Source: Spirochaetota bacterium
GTDB taxonomy: Bacteria > Spirochaetota > UBA4802 > UBA5550
Direction: 5' to 3'
NCBI GenBank assembly: GCA_963663865.1
Contig: OY760686.1
Coordinates: forward strand, 2,304,001-2,368,000
DNA length: 64,000 nucleotides
The notes beneath the pieces were generated by a model. The model was not told where the DNA came from. It did no database searches and saw only the letters and a list, made by a program, of their open reading frames with translations. Position numbers and translations under genes: made by a program. Shown here piece by piece: positions 20,337 through 29,464 of the stretch; within the stretch, counting starts at the first letter, position 1, and every line of letters begins with the position of its first letter.

Positions 20337-21389
20337 TCACTCACTAAGAATAACCCTGTTTCTACCCTGCTCTTTACCTCTGTACAAAGCTTTATCAGCC
20401 TTCTCAAACATGGAGCTGAAAGTGCATCCATTAACGTAAAACGAGATTCCAACTGTGACCGTAACAGAGATATTTTCTCCAAATGCAAACTGCTCTACTT
20501 TTTTTCTTAGCCTCTCTCCGAACTGAACCGCTTCGTCAGGAGCCTTTGCGAACATAAATACAATAAACTCTTCGCCTCCAAATCTCGCAGCGAGGTCAAT
20601 TTCACGTATTGATGATTTTAATATGGATGCAAACTGCTCCAGAACCACATCCCCTGAGGAATGACCATGGGTATCGTTGATTGATTTAAAGTGATCAATA
20701 TCAAGGATCAACAGGGCGAAGGTACGCCCTGTTCTTTCCGCGACAACATATTCGCGTTGGATATGATTTAAAAAAAAATGTCTGTTAAACAGGCCAGTCA
20801 GACTGTCGAAGTTAGCCCTGTACTCCACCTTGTCACGAAGCGTATATCTTGCATATATAATTATATACAACAAAAAGAACATAACGAAGGCAAGCACAAC
20901 CGTTATTACGTAAAAAAGCCTTACTGCTGTCAAAGTACGACTTTCAACATAAGAGACCAATTCATCTGAATCATGCCATATTCTCTCACCTATATCTATC
21001 ATTTCCTGACTGACAACTGAACGGTTAAGAAGCCCTTTCAAGGTGTTCCAATCCTTTTCAATTCGGTCAATTGATGAATCTCTAAATGAACCATAGATAA
21101 CACTCTCATAGGACTGTATGTTCTTTATCTGGTCGATTGAGCGGTCAATCGCGGAATAATAGCTGCCGCATTCCATTCCAAGCAGGCTTCGTTTAATAAC
21201 ACGCTGTATACCGCCCCTTATGCGGCCTGAGTCATTGATCAATGAGGAATATCTGCTGATAATCTCGGAATTCAGGACCACAACACCAGTTAGAATAGTA
21301 ATTGTCGCGAGTATTATCACAACGGGCAGTATCAGTCTGCTTGAAACCGCACTAGCTTTGAATTTATTTCTTTTCAAGTTATCCTCCAT
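20337..21389 (-). CDS. Membrane diguanylate cyclase
   Basis: Two TM helices, DSLTGLFNR, DIDHFK, RFGGEEF; RxxD (REID) I-site. Confidence 0.95.
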   Translation of the reverse strand: MEDNLKRNKFKASAVSSRLILPVVIILATITILTGVVVLNSEIISRYSSLINDSGRIRGGIQRVIKRSLLGMECGSYYSAIDRSIDQIKNIQSYESVIYGSFRDSSIDRIEKDWNTLKGLLNRSVVSQEMIDIGERIWHDSDELVSYVESRTLTAVRLFYVITVVLAFVMFFLLYIIIYARYTLRDKVEYRANFDSLTGLFNRHFFLNHIQREYVVAERTGRTFALLILDIDHFKSINDTHGHSSGDVVLEQFASILKSSIREIDLAARFGGEEFIVFMFAKAPDEAVQFGERLRKKVEQFAFGENISVTVTVGISFYVNGCTFSSMFEKADKALYRGKEQGRNRVILSE

Positions 21390-21413
21390 ATTTATAACTC
21401 ACCGCTGGTATAA

Positions 21414-21695
21414 TTAAAGGCTGTAACTGTCTTCCATTTCTTCTTTATGAGAAAATTCGCTGCTTAATGAACCCGCAATTTTAATAAGTTCCAATGATCC
21501 CTTTCTCAAGCTTACTGCGCTTTCAGCATTTTCCATAACGAGTTCCGTCGTATTTTCAATCGACTTTACTACTTCTTCAATCGCTTTCAGCTGTTCAGAC
21601 ATTGTCAGATCAATAAGCTCTGATTTCTCTGTCAGCAAATCAGATTCACTGAATTTCTTACTGATACGTTTTTTCAAGGAAGTATAAACAAACAT
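21414..21695 (-). CDS. Small coiled-coil protein resembling an MCP C-terminal helix
   Basis: EQLKAIEEVVKSIENTTELVMENAESAVSL; GAGG RBS; lies just upstream of the DGC. Confidence 0.6.
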   Translation of the reverse strand: MFVYTSLKKRISKKFSESDLLTEKSELIDLTMSEQLKAIEEVVKSIENTTELVMENAESAVSLRKGSLELIKIAGSLSSEFSHKEEMEDSYSL

Positions 21696-21774
21696 AATAA
21701 CCTCACATTCTGTTATATTAAATCAGAAATCGATTTTGACTAAATGGCAAGCTATGTGTTTTCAAGAAAACCAG

Positions 21775-23655
21775 CTATCTTGATACAGCCGTAACCACCT
21801 CAAGCAAAAAATCCCGATTCAGGCGCTCCCTGATCTGTTCTTTGATGGCTGTGATTTCCGAATCTGCAACTGAGCTGCCGGAAACAATTTTTATTGAAAT
21901 TTCAGTCGGATGCATCCTCGTAACCCTCACGTCCCTTATTGTTCCCGTTTCTGTCCTGAGGCCCTCAAGCTGTTTCACTATTCTCCGCTCTTCGACCATC
22001 TGATTGAAGCCCAGCGCGAGAGGGACGCATAATGCAGCCACCAGAATTATTGAAACGAGCATCCCCCTGTTGGCGAGCTTAAACGGGCTGAATCCCAAAA
22101 ACATAAATGTAAAGGACGCGGCAAGGGTTATCCCCGCAAGGTTTGTTGTCAGAAGCAGGAGCGCCCCGAAAAAGATGCTCCAGTCCCCCCAGGCAAGTCC
22201 AATAGCGGAGACGCAAAATGGCGGGATAAGAGCCACAGCGATAGCTACTCCGGCAAGCGATTTTGCTATTTCCTCCCTTGCGTGAGCGTAAGCGCCCGCC
22301 ACGCCTGATACCACAGCGATGCCCAGGTCGAGAAGGTTTGGACTGGTCCTGGCCATGATCTCTGAGCCTGCATATTGAATTGGGGTAAGCCAGGTTATTA
22401 TTACCGCAAATACAGCAGAGAAAACAAGTCCTACCGCTATTGTTTTAAGCCCTCCGCTGATAAGCCTGCGGTCCTGCCTAAGTGTTCCCATGCTCAGAGA
22501 GATTATTGGAGCCATCAGCGGCGCGAGAATCATCGCACCAATAACTACCGGCGTTGAATCAGCAAAGAGCCCGAATGTCGCAAGCATGGTTGACAGTGCC
22601 ATAAGAGCCAGATATGATCCGCTTATCCTCGCATTTTCACGCAGTGTCTGGAAAAGGTCCTTGAATTCGTCGGATGAGGCATGCCGTATAAAAGGAAGCC
22701 TGTTCATTGACAGCTCTAACGCCGCCTCACCCGCCGGAAGGGCAGCGGTTTTAAATACCTCGCCGGAATCACTGCCCGCTTCAGGAACCTCAAGGAACGC
22801 GCCGGGAACAATCCTGATGACTCCCTTACGAACCTCAAGCTCAATCTCCTGCGCGTTGTTAACTACCCTGTCCAGTGAGAAATCCCTTGCTCCGGAGGGG
22901 AACGTGAGCTTCAATCTGCCGGTTTTTATGTGCGCGGCGAAGGGTGGAAGCTTTTTCTTTGAGCCTGAGTAGCGGAAGGCACAAACAAATAACTCAATCA
23001 GGCTTCTGGGCATTATTAGAAACGCGTGCATCTTCCCATCGCTTATTGACGAATCGTCAAGCATGAGCCTTGAGAGCAGGGAACTCTTTCTGTGCTCTGA
23101 TATCACAATGCCGGCAGCCGCGGTTTTCAGCTTCTTGTCTCCGGCAGTTTCAATATCCACACGAAATGGCTTGATATTAAAGAGCCTCTTCATCCTCATG
23201 AAGAACCTGGTCATGCCCGATCTGCCGGGCACATCTTCGCCGGCGAGAGCAATTGTCCGTCCTACAATTACAGAGTTGAAAACCGGCACATCATTGCAGT
23301 ACAGGATATCGGCCGTTATTGACTCTGGGCCAGACATAATATGAGTCAGGGCTTTGTCGAGAGTGCGGTCAATTCCGTATCCCGCAGAGAATTCACGTGC
23401 CTCCGGATGAGGGAGCACCGCGAGGGAAAAACCCCTGCCTTCCACACCGGGAAGCAGCTGTTTAAGCTGAAAGTCTGACAGGTATAGCAGCATGGCCTCC
23501 GATGAAGAAGCCGGTTCAAAGTCATCACTGAACGGCCTTGCTTCCAGTACTGAACCCTCAAGCATTGGCATCAGCTTTTGATTAACAAACTCAGCCTGTT
23601 CCTGATCGTAGATGAGGCGGAAACCGGGTTTATCGACAATTTTCGAATTTTCCAT
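21775..23655 (-). CDS. DUF389/TIGR00341 membrane protein with N-terminal diacylglycerol-kinase-like region
   Basis: VVIGAMILAPLM, PNLLDL, GVAIAVALIPP; N-half has the SDGKM-type DAGK accessory pattern. Confidence 0.85.
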   Translation of the reverse strand: MENSKIVDKPGFRLIYDQEQAEFVNQKLMPMLEGSVLEARPFSDDFEPASSSEAMLLYLSDFQLKQLLPGVEGRGFSLAVLPHPEAREFSAGYGIDRTLDKALTHIMSGPESITADILYCNDVPVFNSVIVGRTIALAGEDVPGRSGMTRFFMRMKRLFNIKPFRVDIETAGDKKLKTAAAGIVISEHRKSSLLSRLMLDDSSISDGKMHAFLIMPRSLIELFVCAFRYSGSKKKLPPFAAHIKTGRLKLTFPSGARDFSLDRVVNNAQEIELEVRKGVIRIVPGAFLEVPEAGSDSGEVFKTAALPAGEAALELSMNRLPFIRHASSDEFKDLFQTLRENARISGSYLALMALSTMLATFGLFADSTPVVIGAMILAPLMAPIISLSMGTLRQDRRLISGGLKTIAVGLVFSAVFAVIITWLTPIQYAGSEIMARTSPNLLDLGIAVVSGVAGAYAHAREEIAKSLAGVAIAVALIPPFCVSAIGLAWGDWSIFFGALLLLTTNLAGITLAASFTFMFLGFSPFKLANRGMLVSIILVAALCVPLALGFNQMVEERRIVKQLEGLRTETGTIRDVRVTRMHPTEISIKIVSGSSVADSEITAIKEQIRERLNRDFLLEVVTAVSR

Positions 23656-23851
23656 GTTAATCCTTAAATATATATCAAACGTTTAATTAATCACCATATT
23701 CTATTAGAATACACCCAAAAAGTCAAGATGAGTTAAACAGGTCATGGATATTCCTTCTTATTACCTGGCTCACGCCCCGCTTTTAATTGACATTCTGAAC
23801 TGATTCATCCATATATGCACATGCAACATAACAGGCAACAGGAGCAGAACC

Positions 23852-24298
23852 ATGTCAATGATGGATAAAATAACCGAACAGCTCAGAGACGCTATGAAAA
23901 GCGGCGATGATACCAGAGCCGCAACGCTTAAGATGCTTAAGAGCGACATCATGTACGAAAAAGCTAAAACAGGAGAAGAACCCGGCGACGAAAAGGTCAT
24001 GGAAATCATAGCCAGGGCCGCAAAACGCCGCAAGGAGTCCATCGCCGAATATACAAAGGGCGGACGGCCTGAGCTTGCCGCGTCAGAGGAGGCTGAACTC
24101 AGAATAATTGAAGAATACCTGCCGAAGCAGCTCAGCGACAGCGAGATTGAAAATGAGCTCAAAGCTCTCCTTGCCTCGATGGGTTCACCCACCAAAAAGG
24201 ACTTCGGCCGAGTCATGGGACAGTGCATGAAGGAGTTCAAAGGAAGAGCGGAGGGTGATGCGGTACGGCGCATTCTGACAGCTCTGCTGCCTGACTGA
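23852..24298 (+). CDS. GatB/YqeY domain protein
   Basis: AMKSGD, KRRKESIAEY, YLPKQLS, DFGRVM. Confidence 0.9.
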   Translation: MSMMDKITEQLRDAMKSGDDTRAATLKMLKSDIMYEKAKTGEEPGDEKVMEIIARAAKRRKESIAEYTKGGRPELAASEEAELRIIEEYLPKQLSDSEIENELKALLASMGSPTKKDFGRVMGQCMKEFKGRAEGDAVRRILTALLPD

Positions 24299-24314
24299 TA
24301 CCGGCGGCATCCGG

Positions 24315-26105
24315 TTAAACGAGCTTTTCAGCAAGACCGGATGCCCGGCTTATCCTTCTTTCCAGCGATGCCTTCAGCACCTCCGGAGAACCCAGAATTC
24401 TAACCGATTTTTTAGCCCTCGTCACCGCGGTATATATAAGCTCGCGTGTCATTATACCGGACTGTTCTTCGGGAAGTACAAGAACTACATGGTCAAACTC
24501 TGACCCCTGACTCTTGTGCACCGTCATGGCATAAGCCGTTTCATGCTGCGGCAGAAGAGAAGGATTGATCATCCTGACAGAACCGGGTCCGCTCTGGAAG
24601 CAGACCTTCGGGCCGTCGCCTGTTTGTCTGACGATGCCTGAATCCCCGTTAAAAAGCCCGCTGTAATAATCGTTCCGCGTGATAATTACCGGTCTGTTTT
24701 CATAGAATCTGCTCCGCCCGGGGATGAACCCTTCCGCGGCAAGGGCGCGTTCAACAAGGGAATTGAGCTCGTCGACTCCGGCCCAGCCCCGCCTGAGCGG
24801 AGAGAGTATTCTGAATCCGGCATACAGCTCAAGGGCTCTGAGATCATCACAACTGCGGGAATAGCTGGAAAACCACTCCAACGCTGGAACGGCTATTTCT
24901 GCTTCGATTTCAACACGCGGCACATCCGCCGCCGAAACCTGAGGGTCTGTTCCTGAATACAGTATGTCGCAGACATCCTCTGCGCTGCCCGATGTAATCA
25001 GCTCCGACAGCCTTCCTATGCCAGAGTCCTTTGTAAACCTCCAGGTTTTAGATAGAAGGACAGCTTTTCCTGCAAGTCTGCTCTCCGGAGTGAAGGCGCT
25101 TGAACAGATGTCCGCCATTACCGAGCCGGCTTCAACACTCGCGAGCTGATCCCTGTCTCCAAGCATCACAACCGAAGAGCTGTCCGGCAATGCCGCCATA
25201 AGCAGGCTCATCAAAGACGTGTCGATCATAGAGGCCTCGTCAACGATAACAGCGTCACACACAAGCAAATTCTCCTGGTTATAGCGCGGCGGCTGACTGT
25301 CATAGCCTATTCCAATCAGGCGGTGGATAGTCATTCCCGTCATTCTGCTCAGGGAAGCAAAGGCCGCCTCATTTACAAGCTCAGGGTTCTCTTTCTCAAG
25401 ACTCCCCCGGATTTTAGCTATTGAATTGTCGATAGATTCATTCAGCCTCGCGGCCGCCTTCCCTGTCGGGGCCGTTATATAGATAACCGCTTCGGGATTT
25501 ATATCAAGCATGATGTACAGAATTCTGGCTACGGTAGTCGTCTTCCCGGTACCGGGGCCTCCGGCTATTACGGTGAACTTGCCGGTTACAGCAATCTCTG
25601 CGGCCCTCCTCTGCTCAACACAGCCTTCATCCGCGAAGAGAATATCAATAAGCTGCCCGGTTCTGACATTGATCCCGGAAGGTCTTGATTCAGAACGCGC
25701 GATTATGCGGTCTGCCGCCTGGCGTTCGAACCTCCAGAACCTCTGAAGATAGACCCGCCCTCCCTCAATAACAAGCGGGGAAAACTCTTCCGGCGAGGAA
25801 GCAGTCCCCGACTTCAAAAGAGCTTCCGACCATTTAGATTGATCAGGGAAGCTGAATTCAAGGCCCGCATCCCTGAACTCTTCCGGGATCCTGCACGCGA
25901 AGTCCTCAAAGTTAACACATATATGCCCTTTGGACTGCTCATGCCCTGCGAGAAGTGCAGTCATTGCCGCTATAAGCCCATGCTCATCCGCCTGTCTATA
26001 GACAAACTTCGCAAGCTGCAGGTCTATCTCCCTGAAGTTCCTTGACTCCCTCAGAAGTTTTATATCCCGATCAATCACGTAACCTTTATCAACAGTATTA
26101 TTCAT
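24315..26105 (-). CDS. recD: Exodeoxyribonuclease V alpha subunit
   Basis: GGPGTGKTT, APTGKAAARL, DEASM, QLASVEAG, HKSQGSEF, YTAVTRA. Confidence 0.95.
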   Translation of the reverse strand: MNNTVDKGYVIDRDIKLLRESRNFREIDLQLAKFVYRQADEHGLIAAMTALLAGHEQSKGHICVNFEDFACRIPEEFRDAGLEFSFPDQSKWSEALLKSGTASSPEEFSPLVIEGGRVYLQRFWRFERQAADRIIARSESRPSGINVRTGQLIDILFADEGCVEQRRAAEIAVTGKFTVIAGGPGTGKTTTVARILYIMLDINPEAVIYITAPTGKAAARLNESIDNSIAKIRGSLEKENPELVNEAAFASLSRMTGMTIHRLIGIGYDSQPPRYNQENLLVCDAVIVDEASMIDTSLMSLLMAALPDSSSVVMLGDRDQLASVEAGSVMADICSSAFTPESRLAGKAVLLSKTWRFTKDSGIGRLSELITSGSAEDVCDILYSGTDPQVSAADVPRVEIEAEIAVPALEWFSSYSRSCDDLRALELYAGFRILSPLRRGWAGVDELNSLVERALAAEGFIPGRSRFYENRPVIITRNDYYSGLFNGDSGIVRQTGDGPKVCFQSGPGSVRMINPSLLPQHETAYAMTVHKSQGSEFDHVVLVLPEEQSGIMTRELIYTAVTRAKKSVRILGSPEVLKASLERRISRASGLAEKLV

Positions 26106-29100
26106 CTTGAAATCAACGCCTCCGTAAACCTATCTGCCTCATCAACGGACGGCCTGTGGTAGTATATGCCCGTCCTTCCGTCCTGACTTACTCCGCGCAA
26201 AAAGACGTAATAAACACCTCCGAAATCCCTCTCATAGCTGTAAGCGGGATAAACATTCGCGAGATGAGCGTTAAGAGCGGCTATGTAGATCATGTACTGT
26301 AGGCGGTAGCGGTTAACAGACATGGCCTCATCCATCCTCTCAGAGCTGTAATCACTGAAGGCGCCGCCCAGCCAGTTGGACTTCCAGTCAAGAATGTAGA
26401 ACTTTCCATTATGCCTGAACACCAGGTCAATCGCTCCGGTCATAAATCCCTCAATCTCGCTGACTTCGACTGACTCATCCAGGTAATCAAAATATCCTTC
26501 TTTAATCTTACCGAGGGGAAAGAAGAACTTCATCTCAGCGAGCATATTCTCTGAGGAAATGTCCGCAAGGCGTAAATTCCCGTCTCCCGGCATAGAGGCG
26601 GATAATACTCTTCTGATCATTCCGTCCACCTGACTAATCTGGCCGTCATCCGCCAAAATGCCGTAGGAGCTGAGCTTCTGAGAAATAATCTCTCCGAACT
26701 CAACATCTGAAAACGAGATGTTCTCGAATATCTCATGAAGCGCGCTTCCCGTTGCCGCGCCCGCCGGAAGGTCAATGACATCCTCGTGCAGCTCTGTTTC
26801 AGGGGCGCTCATCCTTCCATGCTTTCCGGCAGTGATGGTGGAAAAGCTCGTTATGTGCCAGCAGCTCTCGATGCTTCCCTTGAATTGCAGAGCTGAATAA
26901 TCCTGATGGCTGTTTTCCGATCGGAACACGCCTTCGACAGGAGCGGGCATCGTCTTAATTTCAACAACAGCCGAATCCGAAAAGCGCTTTTTCATGTCAT
27001 CAAGGTAGTAGGCCGGAGCGCTCATCGAAAGATTGTTGCCCTGGCGGTCCTTCAAACTGCCCCAGGCCAGATAACATCTGTTCACGGCACGCGTAAGCGA
27101 AACATAGAACAGCCTGAGCAGTTCGGCCCTCTGCTGTAAAGCGGCCTCACTGCAGACATCCTCGCCCGGATCGTCCAGGCACAGCCTGTACTCGTTACCG
27201 TCATGATAGAGAGGGTCCTTCAGGGATGACTTGCTGACATCGCTCCAGACATACGGACAAAAAACAATCGGGTACTGAAGCCCCTTGCTCTTGTGGACTG
27301 TAATGATAGTTACCGCATCGGCCTCGCTCTCAAGCCTCTGCTCATACTCTTCGTCAACACCGCTTCCCCTTTTGACTTCAGCGATTCTTCCGGAAAGCCA
27401 TTTCAGGGCATCCTCAGGCGAATAAGGCGACACGTTCCTGTGAATAATCTCTCCAAGATGGAGGATATTCACAATCGCCCGTTCACCGGCGTTCCTGCGG
27501 CCCAGCCTTTCCATGACCTCATACTCTCTTATAAACTGCCTGAACATCCTCATGAAACCCCACTGTTTCCAGGCCCTGTTAAGTCCGGAAAAGGAGTCCA
27601 ACCGCTGCTCACGGCACTCCTCGCTGTCGTTTATTCGGACAATATCGTTCAGGTCTCCTCCAATGAGGCTGGACATAACGGCAGCCTTGAGGAAGGACAG
27701 CTTTGCGGGATAAGCAAAAGCGGACAGAACAGTGTAAAGCTCCACAGCCTCTTCGGAGTTGAAGACGCTGCTGCTGCTGCTCATTACCGAAGGAATGAGG
27801 TAGCGGTCCAGGGCAGCACGTATCTTGGCGGCATCGCTGTTCCTTGGGACAATGACAGCTACATCGCCCGGTGTCGCCTTTCTTCCGCCTATTTCAGCTT
27901 CCCCGGTCACAAGGCTGAAAATTTCGGAAGCCGCCGCTTTTGCGATATCACCCTCGACAGAAGACCTGCTGACCGGCTCTTCTCCGCTAAAGTCCCAGAT
28001 GACCATGGGCTTTCTCCTCTGGCCGAGTATTTCCAGCGGCTTTTCATCCGCGCGTCCTGCGGAGTCAAGGGGATGATAGGCTATACTTTCATACCCGAAC
28101 GGATTATCAACGCTGAAAATCTGATTCAGGGCCTCCACCATCCCCTTTTCGGAGCGGAAATTAGTTGACAGGGTATAGCGGCGCTCGGCGTCGGCTGCCG
28201 CTGAAATGTATGAAAAAATATCGGCCCCTCTGAATGAGTAAATCGACTGCTTGGGGTCTCCAATAAAAAAGAGTATTGAATCACCTCTGCCGAAAATCCG
28301 CCTGAAGACAGAATACTGCATGAAATCAGTGTCCTGGAACTCATCAATAAGCGCGGCTCTGAATCTGCTTCTTATCATTCCGCAGAAGGAGTCCGCTCCC
28401 GGTCCTGTTACCGCTCCATGAAGCGCTGTAAGAAGATCGTTAAACGCCCTGACATTTCTTGCCCTCTTTCTGACAGGGAGCTCCTTCCGCACATACTCAA
28501 GCATTCTTCCCCTGAGCTGCTTTGCCAGCCTCCCGCTTTCATCGTTGATTCTCTGACAGAGCCTGAAGAAAGCGGTATCAGGAGGAATTCTATCTTTCTT
28601 TGTTTCATTTTCGATATTGGATGATGAAAGCTTTTGAATGAGCTCAGGATCAGGTACGTCGTTGATTATTGAGCTTATCACTCTTTCAAAAAGCCCATCA
28701 AGCGCCTCCTGCTTGAAGTTATCAGCATTCCTTTTGATGTCTGATGAGCTCCTGAGCAGCTCCATAACCGCTTCGCCAGACCTCTCCCATTCAAGAGCAA
28801 ACTCAGCCCAGAGGGCTTTCAGTTCCTCTGCAACGGCTCCTCGTGGATAATCTATTTTCAGCAGCAAATACGCGTTAGATCTTCTTGAATCAGTCAGGAA
28901 TAAGTCAATCCCCGTTTGTTTTTTTATAAGAGCGTACACAGAGGGCGGAAGCGTAGAAACATTTGTCCGGTAAAAATCAAGCGCCGCCTCTTTAACAATA
29001 TCGCTGTCATCTGTAACGAGTTCAGTATTGTACAGAGTACCGGTCTCGAATGCATTGTCCCCGAGAAGACGCTGACAAAAACCATGTATTGTGAAGATGG

Positions 29101-29464
29101 AGGACTCATCAAGCCACAGGACAGCCTCTCTGAGCATATACCTTCTCTGTTCAGCTTCAGGGTCTACTCTGAACTTGTTTACAAGCTCCACGATTGTGCT
29201 GTCTTCCGACTCCTCACCGTCCCAGACCTTGAGCGCTTCCCTGATAAACCTGCGGGTCCTGTCCCTGATTTCAGCTGTTGCCGCCCTGGTGAAGGTAACT
29301 ACAAGGATTTCCTGAACAGGTATCATATGCTCAACGAGAAGCCTCAAAAAGATTATCGCCATGCTGTACGTTTTCCCGGTACCTGCTCCGGCCTCTACCA
29401 GGTTTGAGCCTTTAAGGGAGACGTTAACAGCATCAAATCGCTTCATCTCATTTTGTTCTTTCAA
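26102..29464 (-). CDS. recB: Exodeoxyribonuclease V beta subunit
   Basis: EAGAGTGKT, DEFQDT, GDPKQSIYSFRGAD, HKSKGLQY, C-terminal nuclease motif IDL...DWKSN. Confidence 0.95.
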   Translation of the reverse strand: MKEQNEMKRFDAVNVSLKGSNLVEAGAGTGKTYSMAIIFLRLLVEHMIPVQEILVVTFTRAATAEIRDRTRRFIREALKVWDGEESEDSTIVELVNKFRVDPEAEQRRYMLREAVLWLDESSIFTIHGFCQRLLGDNAFETGTLYNTELVTDDSDIVKEAALDFYRTNVSTLPPSVYALIKKQTGIDLFLTDSRRSNAYLLLKIDYPRGAVAEELKALWAEFALEWERSGEAVMELLRSSSDIKRNADNFKQEALDGLFERVISSIINDVPDPELIQKLSSSNIENETKKDRIPPDTAFFRLCQRINDESGRLAKQLRGRMLEYVRKELPVRKRARNVRAFNDLLTALHGAVTGPGADSFCGMIRSRFRAALIDEFQDTDFMQYSVFRRIFGRGDSILFFIGDPKQSIYSFRGADIFSYISAAADAERRYTLSTNFRSEKGMVEALNQIFSVDNPFGYESIAYHPLDSAGRADEKPLEILGQRRKPMVIWDFSGEEPVSRSSVEGDIAKAAASEIFSLVTGEAEIGGRKATPGDVAVIVPRNSDAAKIRAALDRYLIPSVMSSSSSVFNSEEAVELYTVLSAFAYPAKLSFLKAAVMSSLIGGDLNDIVRINDSEECREQRLDSFSGLNRAWKQWGFMRMFRQFIREYEVMERLGRRNAGERAIVNILHLGEIIHRNVSPYSPEDALKWLSGRIAEVKRGSGVDEEYEQRLESEADAVTIITVHKSKGLQYPIVFCPYVWSDVSKSSLKDPLYHDGNEYRLCLDDPGEDVCSEAALQQRAELLRLFYVSLTRAVNRCYLAWGSLKDRQGNNLSMSAPAYYLDDMKKRFSDSAVVEIKTMPAPVEGVFRSENSHQDYSALQFKGSIESCWHITSFSTITAGKHGRMSAPETELHEDVIDLPAGAATGSALHEIFENISFSDVEFGEIISQKLSSYGILADDGQISQVDGMIRRVLSASMPGDGNLRLADISSENMLAEMKFFFPLGKIKEGYFDYLDESVEVSEIEGFMTGAIDLVFRHNGKFYILDWKSNWLGGAFSDYSSERMDEAMSVNRYRLQYMIYIAALNAHLANVYPAYSYERDFGGVYYVFLRGVSQDGRTGIYYHRPSVDEADRFTEALISR

